Origin: Geotalea uraniireducens Rf4
GTDB taxonomy: Bacteria > Desulfobacterota > Desulfuromonadia > Geobacterales > Geobacteraceae
Reading direction: 5' to 3'
DNA length: 32,000 nt
Assembly: GCF_000016745.1 (NCBI RefSeq)
Contig: NC_009483.1
Span: 690,001 to 722,000, forward strand
The position numbers and the translations under genes were made by a program. Positions within the stretch are counted from its first letter, which is position 1, and every line of letters starts with the position of its first letter. Positions 1-8,678 of this stretch are shown here, piece by piece. The notes beneath the pieces are model-generated. The model saw nothing but the letters and a program-made list of their open reading frames with translations. It made no database searches and was not told where the DNA came from.

Positions 1-1196
1 ATCTGCACGGCAAACCGGTGGCGGGCCTTTATGTGACGGCCTACCAGGGGGAGCCCGGCCGGATCTTCCAGATGCATTTTCTCCGTCTGAAGTCCGATTA
101 CATGGCCCGCACCGACAAAAATGGCCGCTACACCATCGGCGTCAAGGAAAAAGGAATCTATTACCTTGTTGCCCGGGAACTTGGCGGAGAATCACCGCTG
201 AAAGGGGAGTTGTACGGCCTCTATGAAGGGAATGTCGACCATGCTGTCACCGTTGAACAGCCGCTCGTCAACGCGGACATCGCGGTCGGCAGGGTCATGG
301 CCGAGGCTCCCCGTAAACCGGTCCCCGGCGCAAGTCACCACCAGCGGTACAAGACGCTGCGGCTCGGCGACACGGTTGTCGAGCAGGACACCGAATGGAG
401 CGGCCGGATCGAGATTTCCGGGCGGGTGGTGGTGAAACGGGGAGTGACGCTTACGGTCAGGCCGGGGACCGTAGTGAGCTTCAGGCGGATCGACCGGAAC
501 AATGACGGCATAGGCGACGGCGAGATCCGGGTGCTCGGCCGGATCGTCGCCAAAGGGACCCCCGGCCGCAGGATCCGCTTCACTTCGGCGGAACGGGTTC
601 CCCGCAAGGAAGACTGGTCCTATCTGCTCCTCTTTACATCGGGCGCGGAGAACATCATCGAGCAGTGCATTTTTGAATATGCCTTCACCGGCCTCCAGGC
701 GCACTTTTCACGGGCTGTCATACGGGATTCGCTCTTTCTGAAAAACCGGGAGGGGCTCCGCTTCGGCAGGGCCGAACTGCTCATCGAGCATAACGACATC
801 ATGGGCAACACCTACGGCATCAGGCATACGAGGCTTGAAGGGCCGGTAACGATAGCCCGCAACAGGATCAGCGGGAATGAGGTTGGGATATTCTTCGTGC
901 CGTCCAACCAGAACATGGTGAACTTCTCTCCGCAGAGGTACGCGGTTGACCCGCAGCTGGAGATGCTCCCCCTCGTCGAACAGAACAACATCGACAGAAA
1001 CAGCAGGTACAACTACCAGCTCGGTGAACGGCAGGGGTATGACGTCTCCTTCGGGAGAAACTGGTGGGGTACGATAGCAGAGTCGGATATTTATGCTAAG
1101 CTGTATGACAAAAAGAACGATGACTCTTTGGGCAAGGTCAACGTGAGACCGTATCTGAAGGCCCCTGTGCGCGGCGCGGGGGCAAGGGGGAGATGA
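1..1196 (+). CDS. Secreted right-handed beta-helix repeat protein with an N-terminal carboxypeptidase-regulatory-like domain (5' partial)
   Basis: The reading frame is open to the window edge (codons from nt 3: LHGKPVAGLYV...), so the listed start at 18 is an internal GTG. The N-part (GKPVAGLYV...TDKNGRYTIGV..GIYYL) looks like a CarboxypepD_reg beta-sandwich. The rest has periodic parallel beta-helix-like units (IEQCIFEYAFTGLQAH / IRDSLFLKNREGLRF / IEHNDIMGNTYGIRH / IARNRISGNEVGIFF). Confidence 0.6.
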   Translation, partial: LHGKPVAGLYVTAYQGEPGRIFQMHFLRLKSDYMARTDKNGRYTIGVKEKGIYYLVARELGGESPLKGELYGLYEGNVDHAVTVEQPLVNADIAVGRVMAEAPRKPVPGASHHQRYKTLRLGDTVVEQDTEWSGRIEISGRVVVKRGVTLTVRPGTVVSFRRIDRNNDGIGDGEIRVLGRIVAKGTPGRRIRFTSAERVPRKEDWSYLLLFTSGAENIIEQCIFEYAFTGLQAHFSRAVIRDSLFLKNREGLRFGRAELLIEHNDIMGNTYGIRHTRLEGPVTIARNRISGNEVGIFFVPSNQNMVNFSPQRYAVDPQLEMLPLVEQNNIDRNSRYNYQLGERQGYDVSFGRNWWGTIAESDIYAKLYDKKNDDSLGKVNVRPYLKAPVRGAGARGR

Positions 1197-1197
1197 A

Positions 1198-1992
1198 ATG
1201 GGGCAAGCGAGAATATTTGCACTGTTCCTGCTGATCTTTTTTATGGCAGCAACCGCCGGGGCGGCGGAACAGAAGACGGGTTTTCTTTCCGGGCGGCTGA
1301 TGATAAAAAATGGCGGACCTCTTGCCGACGGTATGGCATTTTTGTTTAATCATGCGGCCGGGCCGCCACCCTCGCCGGAAAAATACTGGCGGGTCCCCGA
1401 TGAGATAGTTCCCATAGACAAAGATGGGAGATTCAAGGCCGAACTCCTTGAAGGGAAATATTACCTCGGGGCGATAAAGAGGCTTGCAGGTAAAGAGATC
1501 GGCCCGCCGCAGGAAGGCGATTTTTTCCTCATCAGCAGGGACACCAGTGGCGAACCGAAGACGTACCTTGTTAACAAGGGGGGGGAGACGGACGTCGGCA
1601 CCATTGCCGAGGCGGCCCCCTTCAAGCGGGCGACGCTCAAACTGAAAGAGGGGATTACAGCCATTGAAGGGACCGTTGTCGGTCCGACAGGAAAGCCGAT
1701 TGATGGGGCGCTGGTCTTTGCTTTCCTGACACCGTCAATGGTGGGTAAGCCCGTTTTTGTTTCGGAGAGAACGGACAAGGACGGGAAATTCCTGCTCAGG
1801 GTGTTCGGCAGTGACCATTACTACCTGAAGACGAGGGACGTTTACGGCGGCGGCCCTCCCAAGGTCGGGTCGGTGATCGGCAGCTACGGCGAGGATGCGC
1901 CGATCGCAGTGAACGTAAAAGCCGGGGAAATCAAGAAGGGAATCGAGATCAAGGTGGTAAGGTTCACCGGCCAGGGGCCAAAGCAGAAATAA
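1198..1992 (+). CDS. Secreted carboxypeptidase-regulatory-like domain protein
   Basis: ATG lies 1 nt after the upstream stop, suggesting coupling. N-terminal signal peptide (MGQARIFALFLLIFFMAATAGAAEQ). Two beta-sandwich-like units (SGRLMIKNGGPLADG..., IEGTVVGPTGKPIDGALVFAF...TDKDGKFLLRV). Confidence 0.6.
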   Translation: MGQARIFALFLLIFFMAATAGAAEQKTGFLSGRLMIKNGGPLADGMAFLFNHAAGPPPSPEKYWRVPDEIVPIDKDGRFKAELLEGKYYLGAIKRLAGKEIGPPQEGDFFLISRDTSGEPKTYLVNKGGETDVGTIAEAAPFKRATLKLKEGITAIEGTVVGPTGKPIDGALVFAFLTPSMVGKPVFVSERTDKDGKFLLRVFGSDHYYLKTRDVYGGGPPKVGSVIGSYGEDAPIAVNVKAGEIKKGIEIKVVRFTGQGPKQK

Positions 1993-2009
1993 CCCTAGAA
2001 AAAGCATTT

Positions 2010-2138
2010 GAACCGCAAAGGCGCTAAGAACGCGAAGTAAAATCAATCATTTATCTAACGGAAACCTTTCACCCGATTGGTTTGGATCTTTATCCCCATA
2101 AGTATTTGAATTTCTTTGCGCCCTTTGCGCCTTTGCGG
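2010..2138. repeat. REP-like imperfect inverted repeat pair
   Basis: 'ccgcaaaggcgctaagaacgcgaag' (2013-2037) matches the reverse complement of 'ctttgcgccctttgcgcctttgcgg' (2114-2138). The first 12 nt are identical and 9 of the next 13 match. The arms are about 76 bp apart and intergenic. Confidence 0.45.
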
Positions 2139-2191
2139 TAAACAACTGTCGTTTTTAGGATAACCATCTTTTTAACGAGGAAAGATCTTGC

Positions 2192-2236
2192 CAAAGAGGC
2201 ACCGGAATGAAAAATTCCGGTGCCTCTTTGCTTTTG
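2192..2236. terminator. Rho-independent terminator hairpin, possibly bidirectional, between convergent genes
   Basis: Perfect 17-bp stem 'caaagaggcaccggaat' (2192-2208) and 'attccggtgcctctttg' (2214-2230) with loop 'gaaaa', followed by 'cttttg'. It lies about 25 nt beyond the stop of the minus-strand PilZ gene and about 200 nt beyond the + gene that ends at 1992. Confidence 0.6.
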
Positions 2237-2256
2237 AACCGTAGGTTTCTCGCTGT

Positions 2257-2661
2257 CTACTCGAATACCGATCGGTTGCCGGCTGATGGCATGGAGCAGA
2301 TATATTCGCAAAAATCCACGGTAAGTTGCTGGGGTTTGCCTTTATGGTAAATAAAAAGATGTTCCAGGTGCAGGATCGGATATATGCTGATATGAGGTGA
2401 ATGGAAAGCAATGCCGTCTTCAGCCACGCGGGCAATTTTTGCCGGTATGGTTACCGTCAGCGTGGTCGCTCCATCTGATAAACGAATTGAGACGAGGGCG
2501 TCACCGTCGGTAACAATTGACGCCGAACCGTGTGTCTTTACGTATACGCCCCTGGTACTCAAGTTTTCTACTTCGCCACTGATTGTTTCATTATTTTGTA
2601 TGATAACTGCCGAGGCATGGAAATCTATTCTTTTGTATTTTCTTTTGTCCATTGGGCTCAT
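2257..2661 (-). CDS. PilZ domain (c-di-GMP binding) protein
   Basis: Both PilZ signature motifs are present: RxxxR as 'RKYKR', and (D/N)xSxxG as 'NLSTRG' about 25 residues later. Its own AT-rich upstream region is at 2662-2777. Confidence 0.7.
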   Translation of the reverse strand: MSPMDKRKYKRIDFHASAVIIQNNETISGEVENLSTRGVYVKTHGSASIVTDGDALVSIRLSDGATTLTVTIPAKIARVAEDGIAFHSPHISIYPILHLEHLFIYHKGKPQQLTVDFCEYICSMPSAGNRSVFE

Positions 2662-2777
2662 GCGGGACCCCGACAGGTGGTAAAAGCTGAGTTGGATTAA
2701 TTATTAAACAGTATTTAGGAAATAATTTCAATAAAAAACGGCGTTTTCTGGTAAATATATCAACCTGTCAAAAAACG

Positions 2778-4583
2778 TTATCCCCAGAGTGTCTCCCGAA
2801 GCCCGGATTTTCGCTCAATTCGCCGCTCAATTGCCCACATCAGAAGATCGTCCGGCGCCCAGAGATCTACCCCTGTCTTTGCCCGGGTAATGGCCGTATA
2901 AATCAGTTCGCGGGTGAGAACGTCCGACTGCCGGTCCGGCAAGAGGAGCAGCACCCGGTCGAATTCGGAACCCTGGCTTTTGTGAACGGTCATGGCATAG
3001 GCGGTTTCGTGTTCCGGCAGGCGAAGCGGCAGGATCGACCGCAACGCGCCGTCAGCGGCGGGAAAGAATGCACGCAGCTCGTTATCGACGGCCGGATCGG
3101 GCAGGATGATGCCGATGTCGCCATTGAAGAGCTGCAGCGCATAGTCGTTCCTGGTCACCATGACCGGCTGTCCCGCGTACCAGCGATGTCCCTGAGGATT
3201 GATAAGTCCTTCCCGGACAAGCGCGGCTTCCACCAGGCGATTGACGGTCTCTGTCCCGTACGGCCCCTGGCGCAGGGCGCAAAGGATGCGGAACCGACCG
3301 AACCGCTCATGCGCCTCGCCGGCCCCATTCCCCTTGAGGTAGGGTCCATAGCCGGCGCAGATGCTCTTCGCCAGGGTTTCGCCGAGCCTTTCCGCGGGGG
3401 GACATCCGTTGAGGGCTATGTCGGTGAACGTCTTTCCCCTGAGGAGCGCTACTGCCGCCGCACCGTTCCCTTCATTGACCAGGTTGCCGAGGGCGCCGAT
3501 GCCGCTGTCGGCGGCAAAGCGGTAACTCTTGCGCAGGACGACGATGGCATCGTGAAGACGGTGTGACGCCTCCTCGGCATAAGGTTCTGCTGCCAGGGGA
3601 TCGCCGGATATCCGCCCGGCCAGATCGCAGAAGGTGCGGGAAAAGCCATGAACAGCGCCTGTATTGCTGATGTCGCCCAGCACCGCCCCTGCTTCCACCG
3701 AGGCGAGCTGGTCCCGGTCGCCGAGAAGGATGAGCCGGGCGTTGTCGGCCAGGGCATCGACCAGTTTGGCCATGAGCGGGAGCGATACCATGGACGCTTC
3801 ATCGACGACGATCACATCGAAGGGGAGCGGGTTTTCCCGGTTGTGGCGGAAGCAGCTCGAACCGCGGACAAAGCCGAGGAGCCGGTGGAGCGTCGAAACG
3901 TCGGTCGGGAGCAGTTCCCGAACGGCGTCGCTGCAGTCGATGCTGCCTCGCGCCCCCAGGATCGACTCCTTGAGCCGTGCCGCCGCCTTGCCGGTCGGCG
4001 CAGCGAGTGCGATCCGGCATTTCTCTCCTGCCGCCTGCTCGAGGAGCAGGACCAGAACCTTGACAACGGTCGATGTCTTTCCCGTGCCGGGGCCTCCTGA
4101 AATGACGCAGAAGCGCCGGCTGACGGCTGCCAGTGCCGCGATCCGCTGCCAGTCGGTCACGCCGCATGCTTGTGCCGGGAACAGGCGTCGGACGCCGTCC
4201 TTGAGCAGCGCCTCGTCGATGGCGGCGGGGACTTCCGCTCCCCGGCGAATGAGCGCCGCGGCCAGTTGTTGCTCATAGCGCCAGTAACGGTGCAGATAGA
4301 GGCGGTTGGCCCTGTCGAGGACGAGAGGGGTGAAGTCGCCGGGGTGGCCGATCACCGGCCAGCAGCGCAGTTGTTTCCCCCATGCTGCAGGATCGCCAAT
4401 CCCCTCCTCCGTGGCCGGCTCACTCGCCATGGCGGAGCCGAGGTCGAGGCAGACATGACCGCTCCCCACCGCCTGGCTGACGAGGGCAGCGGCAAGCCAC
4501 AGCCGCCGGTCGTCGGTCCCCGCCAGGCGGCAGATGAACGCGGCGAAGTGGCGGTCTATGTCGTTCAGGCTATCAACAGGCAT
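2778..4583 (-). CDS. recD: Exodeoxyribonuclease V alpha subunit RecD
   Basis: 601 aa. Walker A 'GGPGTGKTST', Walker B 'VIVVDEASMV', SF1 motif 'MTVHKSQGSEF'. It is the last gene of a recC-recB-recD array. SD-like 'gagga' lies upstream of the ATG at 4583. Confidence 0.9.
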   Translation of the reverse strand: MPVDSLNDIDRHFAAFICRLAGTDDRRLWLAAALVSQAVGSGHVCLDLGSAMASEPATEEGIGDPAAWGKQLRCWPVIGHPGDFTPLVLDRANRLYLHRYWRYEQQLAAALIRRGAEVPAAIDEALLKDGVRRLFPAQACGVTDWQRIAALAAVSRRFCVISGGPGTGKTSTVVKVLVLLLEQAAGEKCRIALAAPTGKAAARLKESILGARGSIDCSDAVRELLPTDVSTLHRLLGFVRGSSCFRHNRENPLPFDVIVVDEASMVSLPLMAKLVDALADNARLILLGDRDQLASVEAGAVLGDISNTGAVHGFSRTFCDLAGRISGDPLAAEPYAEEASHRLHDAIVVLRKSYRFAADSGIGALGNLVNEGNGAAAVALLRGKTFTDIALNGCPPAERLGETLAKSICAGYGPYLKGNGAGEAHERFGRFRILCALRQGPYGTETVNRLVEAALVREGLINPQGHRWYAGQPVMVTRNDYALQLFNGDIGIILPDPAVDNELRAFFPAADGALRSILPLRLPEHETAYAMTVHKSQGSEFDRVLLLLPDRQSDVLTRELIYTAITRAKTGVDLWAPDDLLMWAIERRIERKSGLRETLWG

Positions 4584-4610
4584 GGTTTGCTGTCCTCAAT
4601 AAAAAATGCA

Positions 4611-4710
4611 GCCACGAATGAACACGAATGAACACGAATAAAATCAAATGAAAAAACGATTGGCATTGCAGATGCTTAAAACATTAGTGAAAATTCGTGA
4701 AATTCGTGGC
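4611..4710. repeat. REP-like inverted / tandem repeat in the recB-recD spacer
   Basis: 'gccacgaatgaacacgaatgaacacgaat' (4611-4639) contains 2.5 tandem copies of 'cacgaatgaa'. It faces 'attcgtgaaattcgtggc' (4693-4710), whose reverse complement is 'gccacgaatttcacgaat'. Confidence 0.5.
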
Positions 4711-4744
4711 CGAAAAAGGTTTTGAATCAACCCGGATGCTTACC

Positions 4745-7700
4745 CTACTGAATCAGTGCCTCCGTCAAATCCTCGATGACTCTGCGCGGCGGACGATCGA
4801 AGAAAGTGCCGGACCCCGACCCGCGCCCCGCATCGACCCCGCGCAGGAAGATGTAGTAGACCCCGCCGAAGTGGCGGTCGTAGTCGTACCCATCCACCCG
4901 CAGCTGAAGGTAGCGGTTGAATGCGACGGTGTAGAGCAGGTACTGGAGCGGATAGAGGTTCCTTTCCATTTCCCGCTGGAGCTGTGCCTGGCCGTACTCC
5001 TCGATCCGGTTCCCCAGGTGGTTCGATTTCCAGTCGACGATGTAGTAGCGCCCCCCCTGTTCGAAGACCATGTCCATGAACCCGCGCACCATCCCCTTGA
5101 CCGGCATGAAGGATAGCCGGCTGAAAAGCTCGGACATGTCCAGCGGCAGGTCCATGCCGTTCCAGCGCGTCGCGACGTTCTTCAACCGCTCGGAGCTGAT
5201 GAAGGCGAGGGGGAAGAAGAATTCCAGCTCCGTGAGCCGGTGGCCGAGTGGTACGTCGGCCAGGGTAAACACGCCTTTTCCCTGGATTAACGGGGTCTGT
5301 AGCACGTTGTTCACCATGGAGCAGACCGTTTCCCGCCAATCCGAAGGGAAGCTGTGCTTTTTCAGGAGCTCGGCGATGAGGGGAGACGCTGTCTCCGCCG
5401 CCGCGGTGAAATCGAGCGATTCGAAGATCTCGTGGAAAAAGATTCCGGCTGCAGCCCCTTTCGGGAAGGCAAAAATGCCTGATGGTGGCGGTTCCGCCGG
5501 CAGGCGCCCCGTATCCGCTTCGAGCGTTGTTTCGTCCCGGTCGGGAAATTCCTGGATGTGGGGGCGATGGCCGGCCGTCGTGGTAAAGGCGGTGAAGCTG
5601 GTTACCCGCCACTCCTGGTCGATGGCGCCGCTGAAGGCCCGGCAGGTGAATACATCGGGCTCTACCGCAGGGGGGGTATAAGAAATTCCGTCCGCTTCGG
5701 GCAGGGGAAGCACTGCTATGCTGCTTTCGGCGGCCTCGGCCAGGCGGCGGAGATCATCCAGCATCGCTTCGTCGCTGAGCGCCACCTGCCCCTTGACCGC
5801 CAAAGCCTCTGGATGGAGGAGGTAGTGCATGGCCGAATCACCGGCATCCTTGAACGCACCCCATGCCAGGTAGCAGCGGTGCCGGGCCCGGGTGAGGGCC
5901 ACATAGAGCAGACGGAGGCTTTCCGCCAGCCCCTCTTGTGCCGCCTGTCGCCGGTGGGCGTCCAGGTCGGGGGAGCCGATGTCCACAACCGTCGTGCGCT
6001 GCTCATCGTGAAAGAGGGCAGTCTTCTCTTTACCGCCGAATTCGGCCCAGCAGAAAGGACAGAAGACGACGGGGTATTCCAGCCCCTTGCTCTTGTGGAT
6101 GGTCACCAGCTGCACTGCCTGGGCGTCGGTCTCCAGGCGGATTTCATGCTCTTCCCGTTTCGGCTCTTCGGCGATCCGCTCGGCGAGCCAGGCGATGACC
6201 CCTTCCAGCCCCAGGTTCTGTTCGCCGGCTGCCTCATGGATGGTCTCGAAGCAGTGCAGGATGTTGGTCAGCCGTCTTTCGCCGGCAGGGAGAGGGAGCA
6301 GGCGGCTCCGTACCCGGCGGACCGCCAGAAAGCGCATTGCCATTGCCATGCAGCCGTTGCCGGTCCAGATCTCATGGTAAAGGCGGAACTCCGCCAAAAC
6401 CGTCTCCCAGCTGTTTTCGTCGGCAAGGAGGCCGGCCAGAACATCACCGGAAACGCCGACCATGTCGGTGACCAGTGCGGCCTTGAGAAGCCTTTCGTTG
6501 GTGGGTTCGGCGACGGCTTTGAGGAAACGGAGGATTTCCTCAGCTTCATCTGACTCGAAGAGGTTGCCGGCGCTGCAAAGCACGCTGGGAATACCCCGCT
6601 GCCGCAACGCCTGCTGGACGAGCCGCGCCTGTCGATGGGCCCGGACAAGGACTGCAATATCGCCGGGAGCGACCGGCCGTTCGCCGATCAGGAGCCGCCC
6701 GTCCGACCCGTCCTGCAAAAGCCGGGCGATTTCTCCTGCAACAGCAGCGGGGAGCATTTCCCAGGCATCACCCTTGTTGATCGGTTTCCCCGCCTCCCTG
6801 CGGTTGACGAACCAGAGCCGGAAGGGGGCTGGGTCCGGTTTTCCGTCCATGGTGAGGAGATCGATCTCCCGCTCGGCCGGGGTTACACGGCTGAAGTGGA
6901 TGTCATCGAAGTAAAAGGGCTCAACACGTGATTCGAACAGCCCGTTGACCGCCTGGATTAATGCCGGCTCTGAGCGCCAGTTTTCCCCGAGGGTATGGCG
7001 CTGTTCCGTGTCCGCGGCCGCCTCCAGGTAGGCGAAGATATCCGCGCCGCGGAAGCTGTAAATGGCCTGCTTGGGGTCGCCGATAAGGAAAAAGGGGGTC
7101 TCGTCCCCCGCCGGGTAGACGGCGTCGAAGATCCTGAACTGGACCGGATCCGTGTCCTGGAACTCGTCGATGAGCGCCGCCCGGTAACGCTCCCGGATGA
7201 GCCGGGGGAGAGGGGAGCCGTTCCTTTCCAGAGCAGAATGGAGATCGAGGAGGAGGTCCTCGAAGAAACGGACGTTGGCTCGCCGCTTCCGCTTGGGAAG
7301 TTCTGCGGCCAGGTAGTCGAAGAACCCCCGTTTCAGGGCGAGGAGCCAGGCTTCAAGCAGTGCCGGATCGATCTCCCCTTCCCTGGGGAGCAAGGGAAAC
7401 GTCGCCTGCGGAATGACGGTGACGAACGGTGAGCCGGCCCGGCGGCCGGCAATCTTCAGCAGCGCAGCCGGTCCGAGGCCGGCAGCCAGCGCTGTCTGTA
7501 CTGCCGCACCCGGCGCATCGTAGCAGTTGATCCGCCAGTAATCCGCGGCAATCTCCCTGAGAAGACCCTGCTGGTCCGTCACCAGCTCGGTATCGTAGAG
7601 CGAGCCGCTCTCGAAGGGGTTTTCCTGGAGCATCCGCTGGCAGAAGCCGTGAATGGTAAAGATCGACGCTTCGTCGAAGGAGCGGAGCGCCGTGGTCAAC

Positions 7701-8002
7701 AGCCTCCGGGCCGCGGCGCGGTCAATGGCGCTTTCCAAAAGTCCGGCAAGAAGCCGGTCGCTGCTCGTACCAATGGCAAAGGCGTTCTCCGCTTCACGCA
7801 ACCGCTCCCTGATCCGTTCGCGCAGTTCCTTGGTCGCCGCCTCGGTAAAGGTCACGACGAGGATATCCCCCACCGCAAGCTGCCGTTCCAGGACAAGGCG
7901 CAGGTAGATGCCGGCAATGGTAAAGGTCTTGCCGGTGCCGGCGCTCGCCTCGATGAGATTGCGCCCGGCAAGCGGGGTATGGAGGAGGTCGAACTGGTTC
8001 AT
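4745..8002 (-). CDS. recB: Exodeoxyribonuclease V beta subunit RecB (UvrD-like helicase plus C-terminal nuclease)
   Basis: 1085 aa. Helicase motif I 'EASAGTGKTFTI', motif II 'ALIDEFQDTDPVQ'. C-terminal RecB-family nuclease motif 'GFMDMVFEQGGRYYIVDWKSN'. Confidence 0.92.
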   Translation of the reverse strand: MNQFDLLHTPLAGRNLIEASAGTGKTFTIAGIYLRLVLERQLAVGDILVVTFTEAATKELRERIRERLREAENAFAIGTSSDRLLAGLLESAIDRAAARRLLTTALRSFDEASIFTIHGFCQRMLQENPFESGSLYDTELVTDQQGLLREIAADYWRINCYDAPGAAVQTALAAGLGPAALLKIAGRRAGSPFVTVIPQATFPLLPREGEIDPALLEAWLLALKRGFFDYLAAELPKRKRRANVRFFEDLLLDLHSALERNGSPLPRLIRERYRAALIDEFQDTDPVQFRIFDAVYPAGDETPFFLIGDPKQAIYSFRGADIFAYLEAAADTEQRHTLGENWRSEPALIQAVNGLFESRVEPFYFDDIHFSRVTPAEREIDLLTMDGKPDPAPFRLWFVNRREAGKPINKGDAWEMLPAAVAGEIARLLQDGSDGRLLIGERPVAPGDIAVLVRAHRQARLVQQALRQRGIPSVLCSAGNLFESDEAEEILRFLKAVAEPTNERLLKAALVTDMVGVSGDVLAGLLADENSWETVLAEFRLYHEIWTGNGCMAMAMRFLAVRRVRSRLLPLPAGERRLTNILHCFETIHEAAGEQNLGLEGVIAWLAERIAEEPKREEHEIRLETDAQAVQLVTIHKSKGLEYPVVFCPFCWAEFGGKEKTALFHDEQRTTVVDIGSPDLDAHRRQAAQEGLAESLRLLYVALTRARHRCYLAWGAFKDAGDSAMHYLLHPEALAVKGQVALSDEAMLDDLRRLAEAAESSIAVLPLPEADGISYTPPAVEPDVFTCRAFSGAIDQEWRVTSFTAFTTTAGHRPHIQEFPDRDETTLEADTGRLPAEPPPSGIFAFPKGAAAGIFFHEIFESLDFTAAAETASPLIAELLKKHSFPSDWRETVCSMVNNVLQTPLIQGKGVFTLADVPLGHRLTELEFFFPLAFISSERLKNVATRWNGMDLPLDMSELFSRLSFMPVKGMVRGFMDMVFEQGGRYYIVDWKSNHLGNRIEEYGQAQLQREMERNLYPLQYLLYTVAFNRYLQLRVDGYDYDRHFGGVYYIFLRGVDAGRGSGSGTFFDRPPRRVIEDLTEALIQ

Positions 8003-8147
8003 GGGATGGGTCTTCTTCTGCGTTTCTCAGGATAATGAGCAAGGTGCGAGGCGTGCATAGCTTCACAACGCCGTCAGGCCACTGGCGGGGACCACGCCCA
8101 TCAGCATCACCTGGTATGGGAAGGGAAGGACGCGACCTGCATGAATT

Positions 8148-8381
8148 TCAAGATGCCTTTTCCAGACGCTCAGCTACCCAGACCTTGATGATGGATTGCC
8201 GGGGCACGCCCAAACGTCTTGCTTCCTTGTCCAGGGAGTGGATCATCCACAAAGGGAAATCCACATTTACTCTTTTCTGCTCCTGCTCAGGCCTTCTAGC
8301 CTTTGACACATCAAGGTGCTTTGAAATATCCTTGCCGTCGTCAAATAACTTGTCAAATTCGTTAGCTTTCATAGATATCAA
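8148..8381 (-). CDS. brnA: BrnA-like ribbon-helix-helix antitoxin
   Basis: 77 aa. The C-terminal segment 'VNVDFPLWMIHSLDKEARRLGVPRQSIIKVWVAERL' is typical of BrnA/CopG antitoxins. It overlaps the stop of the upstream DUF497 gene. An alternative start is M4 at 8372. Confidence 0.8.
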   Translation of the reverse strand: MISMKANEFDKLFDDGKDISKHLDVSKARRPEQEQKRVNVDFPLWMIHSLDKEARRLGVPRQSIIKVWVAERLEKAS

Positions 8382-8622
8382 TCTCCTCTTTACGAGAACG
8401 GCGAACGGAAATGATTCTTGCCTTGTCGCTCCTGTACGTAATAACCGCTGACCAATGCTTCCCCAAAATCTTCCCGATTACCAGGTATCTTGGTTCATCG
8501 CTCGTTATTACAGGGATTTCCAGCAAATCGGGGTCATCCCAGAGCGCTTGGGCTTCATCAAAGTCAATCCCATGCTTTGTTTTATTGCTGCCGCTTTTCT
8601 TGGTGTCGAATTCAAATTCCAT
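8362..8622 (-). CDS. brnT: BrnT-family (DUF497) ribonuclease toxin
   Basis: 86 aa. 'FEFDTKKSGSNKTKHGIDFDEAQALWDDP...RYLVIG...RIISVRRSRKEEIDIY' matches the BrnT pattern (fewD..K...N..KHG..F.eA...f.dp ... RiISaR.a...E...Y). Confidence 0.85.
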   Translation of the reverse strand: MEFEFDTKKSGSNKTKHGIDFDEAQALWDDPDLLEIPVITSDEPRYLVIGKILGKHWSAVITYRSDKARIISVRRSRKEEIDIYES

Positions 8623-8630
8623 GTATAATT

Positions 8631-8658
8631 TTTATACCTTTATTGTATGGAATGTCAA
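8631..8658 (-). promoter_or_regulatory. Putative sigma70 promoter for brnTA
   Basis: Minus strand reads TTGACA (8658-8653), a 16-nt spacer, then TATAAA (8636-8631). This sits only a few nt before the brnT ATG at 8622, in an AT-rich 56-bp spacer after recC. Confidence 0.35.
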
Positions 8659-8678
8659 CCTGATCCTCTCCAATCGAT

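Noticed and set aside
4740-6553. 290-aa (minus strand, out of frame) and 331-aa (+) ORFs overlapping recB
   Set aside because: recB reads through uninterrupted with helicase and nuclease motifs. The overlapping ORFs have no motifs and a biased R/G/P composition.
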